This document shows positions 39,539 through 52,042 of a stretch of 64,000 bases of DNA, piece after piece. The translations under genes and the position numbers were made by a program. Positions within the stretch are counted from its first letter, which is position 1; each line of letters opens with the position of its first letter. Origin of the DNA: Octopus sinensis (Eukaryota); assembly GCF_006345805.1 (NCBI RefSeq), contig NC_042998.1, forward strand, positions 103,602,001-103,666,000, written 5' to 3'. The notes beneath the pieces are model-generated. The model did no database searches. It was not told the origin of the DNA and saw nothing but the letters and a program-made list of their open reading frames with translations.

Positions 39539-41946
39539 ATATATGTATGTATATATATTATATATTATAGAGATAGAGATAGAGAGAGAGAGATAGAGAG
39601 GAGGAGGGAGAGGGGAGAGAGGGGAGAGAGAGAGTAGATAGATTGATATAGATAAATATGTATATACACACACACATATATGTATATCTATACATATACA
39701 TACATATAAATGTTGTTGTATATATATTATATATATATATATATATATAATATATATATATGTATGTGTGTATGTATGTATGAAGGTATGTATGTATGTA
39801 CTATTTATGTGTGCGTGTTTGACATGTGCTTGTCTCCCACCAGTTGCCAAGCGATGGTGGGGGACAGTAATAGCACCTTTCCCATTACGTGGCTACAAAA
39901 AACATAAATCTGCACATGAATACGAACCAAAATAAAATAAAATATAATAAAATAAGTAAGAAAGAAAAAGCAAGAGAGAGAGAGAGAAGCTCTTCTGGCT
40001 GAAAGAATAATGGAAAAATCAAATATTGTATAAAACTTAATATATTTAAGTAAGCAATAAACAAATAATAGAACATTTGGTAATCGAAAGAAAAAGAGTG
40101 AATGTGGGTTTGTGTAGGTGATCACTTAGCTAAAAGTAGCTGCCAAATCTACTCCCAATTCACACGCAATCCTCTCACAGAAGAAAGGGACTTTCTTTCA
40201 TAATGTACTTCCAGTTAGAGAATGCTTGAACAAAGAAAACGGAACGACCAAAGTGGAAACGATTTGGAACATGGATCGACTCGATTAGGGCTAAGCATGG
40301 GGGATGCAAGAAACGAAAAATTGAAGGAGAAGAGAATGGGAGAAAGAAGGAATAAAGAAAGAGGGTGAAAGAATGACAGAAAGATAGATAGATAGGTGCA
40401 GAGAAGAAAGAGAGAGGTGAGAAGTGGTGAAGAAAGAAAGCGAGGAAAAGAAATAGAAATGGAATATGAGAGGAAGACAGAACGGGGGAAGGAAAACTGG
40501 AAACCACAAGATTTGTTGTATGTGCGCGCATACATTCACACGCACACATACACACACACACACATACACACTTATGCATACATGTATGTATACATATATG
40601 TATGGGTGTATGCATCCACGTAAATGTATATGTGTATGCACACATACACACAAAGAGATATATATATATACAAACACACGCGCGTGCGTAGTCGTGCATG
40701 AAATATATATATGTTGTATTTTGGGAGGGTCATTCTGTAAATAATATCACAAGCACTGGTTGTAACTCGATGTTTATGATTAGGCAATTAATTCAATATT
40801 TAATGAACAACAGCTTGTGTATACGCTTTTTTTTATTTTTTCATAAGAATGACTCAAAATCCGTACAACAGCATATATTTCGATGCACAGATTTACATTT
40901 TTAATGGCTTGCGAAATAAAAACAAATACACACGCACACACACACGTGTATATAAATAATAAATATATATATATATATATATTCTCACGCACATACACAT
41001 GCATATGCTGCTTGTAAGTAGAAAGTTTTGCATAGAGTTTAGCGAAGGCTGGGCTTAAAAGGATTATGAGCGAAGGCGGGGTATTTAGTAAGCAGTAGAG
41101 CTTGTAAAAATATAACGTAACTGACTAGCATCCTCCCTCCCTCCTTCCTTAATCACCTTTTACATCAGAGCCAGCCTACTTGGGTTGTTTTTATCTTAAA
41201 ACAACCAATAGTAATTATCCGATTCAATTGAGCCCTTCTCTACGTTTTAACGGCGAAGAAACCAACGGATGCAGTTGCCTACGTTCGACATGCTAAAAAT
41301 AGCAACCAAATATCTGTAAGATTACAATGCTGACTTTAAAAGACAAAGGTATATTAGATTATTCCCGTTAAAAAATTAAGACAGTAGTTGTATGTAATGT
41401 CTGAAATAACATGATTTCGGCCATAATTTGCTTGCGGCTGAACAACAGCAAATATTTTTATCTTTGCTTTACATTAGCTTTGCAGACGTAATACTTATTA
41501 TTGTTGTTGTTGTTAAAGTAGGAAAAAGAAGGCGGGGATGATCTGTGATGTAGATTTATATATAATAGGGTAAGAGAAGGCATCAAAATTCGTTTCGAAA
41601 TAATTAGTTCTTATGATTGGTATCAGTACTAGATTAATGCATGACCTTTGCAGGCTGCAGCCCAGAGGCTTCGGCCAGCAGAAAAGCTTTCAGATTAAAA
41701 GAAAAAAATTACTGAAATTAAAAAAAAAAGTGCTTCATGGGACTTGTAATCCAGGAAACGGTGGGGAGAAGGGAGTGGGCTGCATTCAAAACGTTTATCC
41801 GGCTCAGAGGTACATGATCACACATTTCGAAAGGGAATATAGCCGATTAAGTCTATTGCAGAACTAAATTAGCTAGTACAAAAACACAAGATTTTACCGG
41901 TTCGTGAGATGTGTACGCATAAATGTAGAGACGTGGCCTAGAATTT

Positions 41947-41990
<44 letters not shown>

Positions 41991-42115
41991 CTCATTAAAG
42001 GTATAGGGTAAAGAATTATCAATTTAATAATTAATAAATTTTACCACGTAGCTTCGGTATGTAAAATTCGGTAAAAAATTGTACAAAAAGTTTTAGTTTT
42101 TATATATAATTATAA

Positions 42116-42364
42116 ATATAATTAAGGGTTTAGCAACAAGCTGCTTCACCACATACCAAAAATTTAGAAATAGCAGCCAAAAGACCGTTAATTCTTTTCA
42201 CTACAAATGTGACTCCACAGACAACAACATTTGTAACTCACATAGGTAAAAAAGAAAGAAAAATAATGAAATCAGTCTTCGATTAATTATGGACGCGTTT
42301 TGGATTAGAATTATAAAAAATAATTTCCTTTATTAAGATAATATTGTTGCTAAACTCTTAATTT

Positions 42365-42368
<4 letters not shown>
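42116..42368. mobile_element. (TA)n-flanked element with about 23-bp terminal inverted repeats and a decayed hammerhead
   Basis: tataattaagggtttagcaacaa versus ttgttgctaaactcttaattttata. Minus strand 42288-42338 reads cTTAATAA-a-GGA aattat..ataatt ctaa TCC-AAAA-CGCG-TC. Confidence 0.7.
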
Positions 42369-42418
<50 letters not shown>

Positions 42419-42426
<8 letters not shown>

Positions 42427-42540
42427 GAAGGAGCTTCTACAGGACTAGAACTGTTTCATTCAAGAGAAATCTTCAGAGCTTCCTGAAGATTTCTCTTGAA
42501 TGAAACAGTTCTAGTCCTGTAGAAGCTCCTTCTATATAAT
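42419..42540. repeat. Perfect palindrome: 58-bp arms, 6-nt spacer
   Basis: 42419-42476 is the exact reverse complement of 42483-42540. Confidence 0.95.
42476..42528 (+). ncRNA. Type I hammerhead ribozyme, near-canonical
   Basis: GAGCTTC-CTGAAGA-t TTC tctt GAA t-GAAA-CAG ttctagtc CTG-TA-GAAGCTC: 7-bp perfect stem I, intact core, 4-bp stem III, GUA site (cut after A42521). There is a U-U mismatch at the base of stem II. Confidence 0.8.
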
Positions 42541-42617
42541 AAATTAATTTTACTCTGCTATGTATTGAGTACCTTATTTACTGTGGTTAACCCCGAATCA
42601 ACCCGGGACCTACATAT

Positions 42618-42649
<32 letters not shown>

Positions 42650-42859
42650 CGCATATAGATATATACATACATATTACATGTATATATGTGTGTGCGCGCG
42701 CGCGTCAGTATATATATACATATCAAATATGGGGGTTTAGTTCACAGGTGATCTAAACAACTAGGTACGCTGGGTAAGTGCTATAATGGATTACCAGGGC
42801 TCCAAGGTTATATCCGAGACGGGAGTTATGGAACCTTTGTAGATTTCCTATATAGCGGA

Positions 42860-42919
42860 TATACAACTGTTAAACAATTATTATTGTTTAAAATTTTATA
42901 ATTGTTTAACAATTATATA
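42860..42919. repeat. AT-rich 22-bp inverted repeat
   Basis: tatacaactgttaaacaattat versus ataattgtttaacaattatata. Confidence 0.7.
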
Positions 42920-43981
42920 TGCATATACTCAGTGGTGGACTGGTCAGTTATCCCAGCTTGCCCGATGGCAAGTGGGCCCCTTAAACATTAGAGTCTATAT
43001 ATAAGTGTCTATGAAAAAAAAATTCGGTTTCAAAGAAAATATCTGATGTCTTAGAGAAAGAATAAAAATTTGAAAAAGCAAATACAACAATTAAACAAAG
43101 CAGTCGGTGAAAAAATTCCCTAAGGAGTTAAAAGAAATCAAAATATATGATACAGCAGAGAGCTAGTAGGTTGTGTTAAATGTAAGTAAATTTATATACA
43201 TATTAATGCACACACACACACACGCATACACACACATACACACACACAGACACACACACACACACATATATATATATAAGGTACACACAGACATACACAC
43301 AAAACACCGTCAACTGTTCATTTTCCTAGGGGACTTTGGGTTGAGCCTAGCACTTATTAGCCTCCACACAACAAGCAATAAAACCAGAAGCAGATTATAA
43401 TTGATGTATGTATATCTGCATGTATCTATGTATGTATGTATGTATGAGAGAAAGTGTGTGTGTGTTTGTGTATGTGTTTATGAGTGTGTGTGTGTGTGAG
43501 CAGTTGCATGTAAGTATGAATGAATAAAAAAGAAATAGATTAACAGAAAGAAGTTCAAATTTTATTTTTCAACGCATGACTGAGCAATGATCCTGGAATT
43601 AAAGGCATATTCACACACAAACACAGACACACACACACGCGCGCGCGCGCGCAAACATACACATGAAGATACATAATATATTGGCATTTGTAAACTTCCT
43701 TATTTCTACCAGGCATCGAAAACTGGTCTTACAATATGAACGAACAGATAAGTAAAAAATGTTCTACAGTGTTATGAATTTAGCTTTAGTTATAAAATTA
43801 CATCACACGACAGTTAAAAACGTTTTGCTTTTCGGCATTAGAATTATTGAATATATCTTCAAATGTTTTTCATTAAATCGAACCTTTTCCTTTCTTTCTT
43901 TCTGTCTTTCTTATATTTTTCGTCATTTTATACTATTCGTCAGGCATCTGTTCTTTTTAGCTGCTGACAAAATAATAATTA

Positions 43982-44189
43982 TGATTTCAGATTTTGACAC
44001 ACGGCCAGCAGTTTCGGTGGAGTGGGTAAGCCGATTACATCGACCTTAGGATTTCACTGGTACTTAATGTATCGATGCGGAAAGGACAAAAGGCAAAGCC
44101 GACCTCGGTGGAATTTGAACTGAAAATATAGCGACGGGCTAACTATGCATTTTTCCCGGCGTGCTAACGATTCTGCCAGCTCGCTGCCT
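43982..44189 (-). mobile_element. SINE family A
   Basis: Reverse-complement core and head ttctgccagctcgctgcc. Confidence 0.85.
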
Positions 44190-44203
44190 TAACAATAATA
44201 TTG

Positions 44204-44552
44204 TTGTAGTAAAGATCGTTTGCCAACATAACATGGCTGTCCTGGTTTAGGACTAATGTTATTGTAATTTAGCCCCAGGAGATATCGTCTCCAGCTAGCT
44301 ATACGACACGATCTATGTCCTTATATTTTCGAATTATTCTGTGCTGATGAAGAAAAAATAACCCGGAATTCGCGATACACAGATATTGTTTTGAGCTGAG
44401 TGGCGGGTGCTAGATTCCCTTATTCTAAAATATAAGGACATAGATCGTGTCGTATAGACAAATGGAGACGATGTCTCCTGGGGCTAAATTACAGCAACAT
44501 TAGCCCTAAACCAGGCCTGCCATGTTATGTTGGCAAACAATCTTTACTACAA
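44204..44552. mobile_element. Fold-back element: about 131-bp inverted arms and an 87-bp spacer containing a hammerhead-like motif
   Basis: 44204-44334 pairs with 44422-44552 with few mismatches. The spacer has TCTGTG-CTGATGA...C-GGAA-ttcgcga-TA-CACAGA. Confidence 0.88.
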
Positions 44553-44608
44553 AGTACTGTTGCTGAATATCTCACGTTGCGAGATAATAGTAATTTTCTA
44601 ATAATGTT

Positions 44609-44899
44609 GTGGTTTGTTCCTTCTCGAGCCATGCCTGGCTCATAAGGGCCGGTTTTCTGGTTTCATTGGCGTATAAGTTCCCCACCTGGACGGGACGCCG
44701 ATCTGTCGCAGGTGAGCTGCTTGATGTAGGAGGAAAGAGAGAGAGAAAGTTTTGGCGAAAGAATCAGCAGAAGTTCGCCATTGCCTTCTACCGGAGCTGC
44801 GTGGAGGTTAGGTGTTTCGCTCATAAATACATACATCGCCTGGTCTGGGATTCGAACCCGCGAGTCCGCTACTCTAACCTCTAAGCCATGTGCCTCCAC
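44609..44899 (-). mobile_element. tRNA-derived SINE, fourth family (E)
   Basis: Minus strand gtggaggcacatggcttagaggttagag...GGTTCGAATCCC (B box)...cctgcgacagatcggcgtcccgtccagg. Confidence 0.8.
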
Positions 44900-44921
44900 C
44901 TTAACAATAATAATAACAATC

Positions 44922-45268
44922 ATTTCTATTATGGGCACAAGGCCTGGAATTTGTGGGAAGGGATTTTGTCGATCACATCGACCTCAGTACATGGCTGGTG
45001 CCTAATTTTTCGACCCCGAAAGGATGAAAGTAAAGTCAAACTCGGCAGAATTTGAACCAAGAACATAAAGATAGACGAAATGCCGCAAAGAATTTTGCCC
45101 GGCGTGCTAACGATTCAGCCAGCTCACCGCAATAGCAATAATAATCCTTTCTACTGGAGGTTGAAGGTCTGAAATTTTGAGTGAAGGGACTATTTGACTG
45201 ATACTTAATCTATCGATCCCGAAAGGATTGAAGGCAAAGTCGACGTCGGCGGAATTGGAACTCAGAAT
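44922..45268 (-). mobile_element. Two SINE family A copies (about 44922-45130 and 45143-45268)
   Basis: Two reverse-complement cores cccgaaaggat(t)gaa...aaagtc. Confidence 0.85.
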
Positions 45269-45292
45269 GTGAGGTGGGACTACAGCAAATAT

Positions 45293-45760
45293 TATGCCCA
45301 ATACCACAGATTTGCTTGTCAGTTGTTTGACCGTAACCAGTTGAGCATGTCTCTTAGTGGCTGACAATATGTGCATCTCTGATCACAAGCAGAAGTAGTG
45401 GAAGAGCATCATAGCCATGTGTTCAAAGGAATTCTTTGGGGTTTGGATAATTCACCTCTGGAAATATGGATGTTTCGTTCAACATCCTTAAAAACCCTTA
45501 TTTGGGGACCTTCTGAGCAGGATAGGCTACTCGACCTGAAGAAAATTCTAACTGGGCCCCACCTGCAAGGTCATGCGCTGTTTATCTTGATATGAAATCA
45601 CCATGTCGCTCACATGTGGTTATGATGCATGTACCTGGTGTACCCTTATGAAACGAGTAGTTATGATGGGTATACTGGGCCTCGTATATTTTACCCCAGT
45701 GTCACTTTGATGGCATGCCCTCCTCTCTCACTCAATAATAATGATGATGATGATGATGAT
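45293..45760 (+). mobile_element. Unclassified retroposon 3' end with (AAT)/(GAT) tail
   Basis: GC-richer block of about 440 bp that replaces the head of the preceding SINE and ends ctctctcactcaataataatgatgat. The family could not be determined. Confidence 0.5.
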
Positions 45761-45981
45761 AAATTAAGAATATGTTAACTCTTCAAGTTACTTTTGGAGT
45801 AACCATTTGAAAATGTTTCTCTTCAGAAAAATAGTTAGTTAAGTTGTATTAGGTAAATAAATAAATTTTGTTAAAAAGTCACATGCTTCGACAGCAAATA
45901 GAAGATATGGAAGCGCATCCTTCCCTCCTTCTTTCTATCCATACAGACACCCATACACACACGCACACATACACATGTATG

Positions 45982-46012
<31 letters not shown>

Positions 46013-46065
46013 ATGCATGTATCTATCTATTTATAAATCTATATATACATATAATAATAATTGTT

Positions 46066-46128
<63 letters not shown>

Positions 46129-46130
46129 AA

Positions 46131-46270
46131 CTTTTCTACTATAGGCCCAAATCCCGAAAGTTTAGGGTAGGCGGCTAGTTGATCGAATCGATCTCTGTGT
46201 TTAAATTGTATTTAAATTATCGACCTCGAAAAGTGAAAGGTAAAGATGACCTTGGCGGAATTTGAACTCA
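46131..46270 (-). mobile_element. Degenerate SINE family A
   Basis: ttttctactataggcccaa...ttggcggaatttgaactc, preceded by (GTA)n. Confidence 0.7.
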
Positions 46271-47196
46271 AAAGAACGATGTGTACTTCTATATTTCACA
46301 CTAGCCAGTACACTGGAATGCTTAAGATTTGTGCTGCTGGACTGTTGTCTCAGAGGAAATTCCTCATTATGGATGCTCTATTTAAGTTATATGCATTTAG
46401 GGTTTCTGCAGCGAAGCTCTTCCACCGACTAGTTTAAAGAGCGTATTAATCATAAATGTACACATCTTTAAATAGAGTAAATATTTCTCATATAAATGTG
46501 TTTTTGTGCGCGCGCAGACGCATATTATGCAAAATCTAGTGTAAGTCAAAATAACAAAAAATTATTTAAATGTTAGATTATAAATCATTACTGTGGGTGT
46601 AATATATTCTATATTATTGATGAACAGAGTGTGAAGGCGACGGAAGGAGTTTCCTGATAGATTCTATAAAAATAAGAGAAGACTGAAACGGCTTCCTTCT
46701 CCAGTCATTAGCATAGATTAACTACGATATAAAGCAGTCATGAATTTGATTAGCACATTAGTGAATTGCCTAATTTGAATATTTGTGCTTTTGAAAGGTC
46801 GCAGTTAATTAAATATCATCTACTTTATTCACAGCAGAATCTATCCATTAACGTGCTAGCTTAATTTATGACTCTTTTATATTAACAAATGATCTGTGCG
46901 ATTGACTGGAGGAAAGGGAGTATTGTGCGTCTCTGAGGAGTAGTCAACCTGTCAGTCAGGAAGCCTCCTCGCCACCTTTTCTTTTTCCTTTTCTGTAAAA
47001 ACACGCGCGCGTGTGTGTGTGCAGAGAAGGAGAGAGAAGATGGGGTAGAAAATTTTATGCATCAAACTGGGACTTCAGTTAATTATATGGGGGATTACAT
47101 ACGAGTTTCCTAATACTGTTTTGAAAATAATATTCCGAAAGAGATCGATAGTTTTCAAGAGTGTTGTCAATCTCAAGCGCACACGTTCACAAATAA

Positions 47197-47404
47197 TATT
47201 GGTTTCAAATTTCGTCACAAGGCCAGCAACATCGGGGGAGGTGATAAATCGATTCCAGTGTTCAATTGGGACTTATTTTATCGATCCTGAAAGGATAAGA
47301 AGTAAAGTCGACCTTGGAGCAATTTGAACTCAGAACGTAAGGACGGACGAACTGCTGACAAGTGCTGTGCCAGGCATGCTAATGATTCTGCCAGCTCGTC
47401 GCCT
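47197..47404 (-). mobile_element. SINE family A
   Basis: Reverse-complement core and head. Confidence 0.85.
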
Positions 47405-47906
47405 TGTAATAAATATAAAATGATGACACATGAGACAAATGTGAACGTTTAAGTAATCGCTAGAGTGATCAGATCCGTTTAAACCACACTCTACACTGTA
47501 GAGAGTAGAGTCTACAGAACTCTGATGATCTCAGAATATATTTTCCTCCTTTCTAGTCAACGGGACCATAAAAAAAAAGTCATGAATATTTTCTTCTGTA
47601 TTCTAGATGAATCATGAAAGATTCATAGGATAAAGTCCGAGATATTTCTCTCTGAAAAAAACAGCAACAAAAAATAACTAAAACTGGATGGTAAGCTCCC
47701 ACACCGAACATTTCGGTAGCTCTCGTGGTCATTGGTTTCTCAGGCTTGCTCAATCTGAAGCTAAACACTAATATCAACAGCACAAATAAATAACCATCGA
47801 ACAGTCCTCAGATTACACCTCACGTGACTTCTTTAAAAGAAAGTTCTACTTCAAAATATAATAGTCCTAATTACAAAGTCTTGAAGCCAAAAGATAAATA
47901 TATACA

Positions 47907-48053
47907 TTTCTTTACTACCCACGAGGGGCTAAACAGAGAGGGGACGAACAAAGGGATTAAGTTGATTACATCGACCCCAGTGGGAAACTGGTACTTTATT
48001 TATCGACCCCGAGAGAATGAAAGGCAAAGTCGACCTCGGCGGAATTTGAACTC
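47907..48053 (-). mobile_element. SINE family A (long-tail type, headless) nested in an older repeat
   Basis: tttctttactacccacgaggggctaaac...gcaaagtcgacctcggcggaatttgaactc. Confidence 0.85.
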
Positions 48054-48475
48054 AATATATAAAACTTACAGGATGGTCATAGCTGGAACGCCTTTCATAA
48101 TAAGCTGACTGTATTATCGCTGATGTCACGCTAAAACAGCAACAACAGATACGTAATAAAAGAGACAGACATACACATAGACACAACTACATAAACAAAC
48201 GCACACCCGTGACTATGTATGCGTGCATGCATGTTTGCATGTATAGGAGTTTAATTTGCACATTAATTATTCCCATGAGAATTTTGTCAAATCAACTTTT
48301 TAGTATTTTGTTTTACTGTTTTCTCTCGCCTCCACCTGCTTTCCTTAAATACCTCTCACCTTACCTCCTATCTCCCTGCATGCCTATCTACTTATTCTTC
48401 CCTTGTAAAGTGTGTGTGTGTGTGTATAAATATGAAATATATGCATATATATATATAATATATATATATATATAT

Positions 48476-48518
<43 letters not shown>

Positions 48519-48547
48519 CGTATATATATATATGGTGTGTGTGTGTG

Positions 48548-48578
<31 letters not shown>

Positions 48579-48579
48579 G

Positions 48580-48613
<34 letters not shown>

Positions 48614-51600
48614 AATATATGCATACATATCTATCTACACACGCACATATATGCACACTTACACACAAACACATTTTCGATTTCATTCGCTTATTTACCG
48701 TTTTTTCTTCCCACCTCTCATCATCACCATTACCACCACTGCCACCACCACTACACACTTGTGTGTCCTTTGTTATTTCTTCGTTCCTTGTGTGCCTTTG
48801 TCTTGTCCCACTCTTTTATGATAAGATGTTGTCATTCTATCAGCCCTGAAGGCAACAGTATCTCCTCGGTCACAGTCCACTTGTTTAGGGTTTCAAATGA
48901 CAGTTGTATTTATTCACATCATTGTATTTCCCACTCTTTTATACTTTAAATTTCACCAGTAAAGAAAAAAAAATCAGATGTATCTATTAGGAAATGTTTG
49001 CTCATTGAAATTTGTACAGAAAAACTAGGTAAAGTATAGAGTAAGCAATATACTGATGAGTCTTGTTCATTCTTATTTTCTTTTATATGGTTGGATTTAC
49101 AAACATCTCCTTCAGAATTTTTCTTTTCCGCCGTCAAAGAACTACTATAGAGTTAGCAAATTGGCGGTGTCTTTCGAGTGTAAAATAAAAGACAAAATCC
49201 AGATTCTTCACTCCTCACATCAATTAAACTACCAAAGTGTTCTGTGAACTTTCGCAATCGTGAGGGCGTGAGAATGGGCATTGAAGTCATGTCATTTATT
49301 TTCAGGCACAGTGTATCTAAGATTATCCAAGTGGTATGATGCACTTCAAAGGAGATTTGAGTGCTATTTCTAGGAGGTCTACAGACTTCGATGAAGCCTT
49401 GTTATTCGCACAACTGTCATTTATGATTGGAAATGGTATATTTCTATTACGAAATTGTATTGTCGTTTATTATGACAAATAGTTCGTAACTGGTAGCCTG
49501 AATCCATCGCCCGATTTAACATCACCACCTGGTTTTTAGGGACCTTTACCAGAGCCTGATAGAAACTTCCTTCCCGTTCATTTCTCGAAGTCCCTGACAA
49601 GTAAAATAATGCCACCCTTCCTCCTCTAAACGATAAAAAATGCAACAAAGAGACTTCATTTGAAGCAGCTGAAACTGGGTGGTTAGACAGACGTATATAT
49701 AATAGCTTTATTTTGCTGCTGTCTCCAAGTATATTTTATGGGTGTCTGTGTTCATCATTCTTATGAAATCTGATGTATTGTTTTAGGAAACTGACCCCAT
49801 AAGAAGCATTTATTTGATAAACTTTACAATATGTAGATATTCCCTCCAAATATGCCTAATGGCGATTCTACGGTCCTCTGTAGTTAATGTTTTGATGCAC
49901 ATTAGAAGTTAATATAACACACCAACTAGGAGAGCTACGTAAATAGTGAAGTAAGAATTTGCACTTATATTTCTTCCTCTCAGTTTGAAGACATTGCATT
50001 AGCGAAGTCTTTAGAATGTTGGACAGAATGCCATGCAGAATTTCTTTCAGTTTCCTACGCACTGATTTCAAATGTCCGGCATTGGATTTTGATTTTCATC
50101 CTTTGGGGATCGATAAATAAAGTACTAATCATCTCCTAGGGCCGTCTCTCCTTGACCCTCTCTCTCTCTCTGTGCATTGTTCTAACCAAAGGCTACATGT
50201 TATCATTGGCCTAGAATATTTATTGATAACATTAACAATATCCTTACAACTCAAGAGACTCATAAAAATACTTTTGGTTCATTCAAAATACTCCTTTTTA
50301 AGCTCATTATCTTGGCGTTTACGTAAAAAAAATTCCTCCACAATTTACAATCTTCAGTTATTCTGTTGCATTTCTCGATGTCACAATTTATCCATCTACT
50401 TAATCTTATTTTATTCCCAACATTTTCCAAGTTGTATTACATTTAATATTACCATTAAATAATTCCATATTATTAATGAAGCCTCCGAACCGGAAGTCAA
50501 TTAATTGTTTATTGCTTTTGATCATTTATGAAGAATTAATGATGATCCTGACTTTCCCTTTCTGATAAGTTTACCAATTTGCTCTGCTTTATAAATAAAA
50601 TAGCTCAAAGGGAAGACTAAAGCATCACCTTGAATTACTTCGTTGGTATTCTGGTAAAACAGCATTTTACACTCAAGGAGTTGTTGAACGCATTCAAAGA
50701 TATTAGACCCTCATAGTTTTTTACTTTTCTCTTTTTACCAGAAAGTCACAAATTCTTCACTCTTTTGATTTGTTTGTATAACTACAACGTTCAAACATAG
50801 GTGTTCCATGTGTGGTGGCTAATTCTATTGAAACTCGATAACTTACTTTTGATACCAAAGTAAGATTATGCCACATCATGATAATATATCTCTGCTTGCA
50901 AATATATTTCTTTAGCTTCTTCCGCATGAACTGTTTTCTTCATATTCTAATATTTCAAAATATAGACTTGGAGACCTAGATGAAAATAAACAGAAATCTA
51001 GAAGCTAATGCCCAGGTATTATTTTCTGGGATATGGAACAGGGAAATCCATAGGTTCAGTGTTCAATAAGGCAATAGTACCACTAAAACCAAATCAATCT
51101 GCTAAATGTATGACATTAAAACTGCAACGTGTTTATGGATTGGGGAAAAAATATGGAGCTTAAATTAGTTTTCACAATTTATCTTACTCATAGCTAAAAC
51201 ATTTCACAGAATTTTTTCCTTGTCATATTGGTGCTGAAGTCCCTTTTAATTATTGATGACAAAATCAAAATACGTTTTGATCTTTTATTGCGGTCTCAAG
51301 CGTTAATTCTATAGTGTGCGTTGTTGATAGCTTTCTATCTTCTTTTTTGTCTCTCTTTCATTTTTTTCCCTCCGCGAAAACTGCATTTGCACATTTATCA
51401 ATTGGATAGGACACAATTCTCACCACTAAACATTTTTTTTTTGCTATTTGTTTCCAAACTATTGATATTAACGTCATTTTCGACCTTTCAACCACACTCA
51501 GTAGTATGCAATACTAATGGAAATAGAATTATAGCCTAACAAACATAAATAAATAAAATAAAATAAATAAAAACCATTAATAGTACAGTCATCTAATGAA

Positions 51601-51749
51601 GTGCTGTCCTAGACTGATTTGGGGATTTATCCACTCCCATGAAGTATTGTTAACTACAACCACATTGCGAATTTTTACATGGATAGGAATCTTCGACAGT
51701 GCAAGATTAGTGAGATAATACGAACACCAGTGTCCATTCTACAGACTCA

Positions 51750-52042
51750 AAACTGATCCTTATAGTGTTATTAGTGCCTCTTCCCTAAAATAGATTAAAA
51801 GCTGCTCTATACTGCATTTTAAGATTTTATTCTGTTGACTTCCAGCTGACCCTCAGAGCTTTATAAGTACTATCTATTTTTGCCTTTGACTTCCAGTTGA
51901 TCTTTACAGTTTTATAATACCCATTCCATTGGCTTCTAACGCCTCCATGCTGAGCTTTACTGTTTTATTACTATCCATTCAGTTGACTTCAAGTTGATCC
52001 TTACAACTTTATGAGTAATGTACATTTGATTGACTTCCAGCG
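51750..52042. repeat. Degenerate tandem repeat, about 45-55 bp unit, 4-5 copies
   Basis: Recurring ttgacttcca(g)ttgatccttacagttttat(aa)tactatccatt-like units. Confidence 0.7.

Noticed and set aside
39340-39700. Duplicated compound GA/GATA/TA/CA block
   Set aside because: Low complexity; slippage or long-read consensus artefact.
49421-49648. RGGRVALFY as a LINE endonuclease motif
   Set aside because: A single short match with no other APE motifs recognised.
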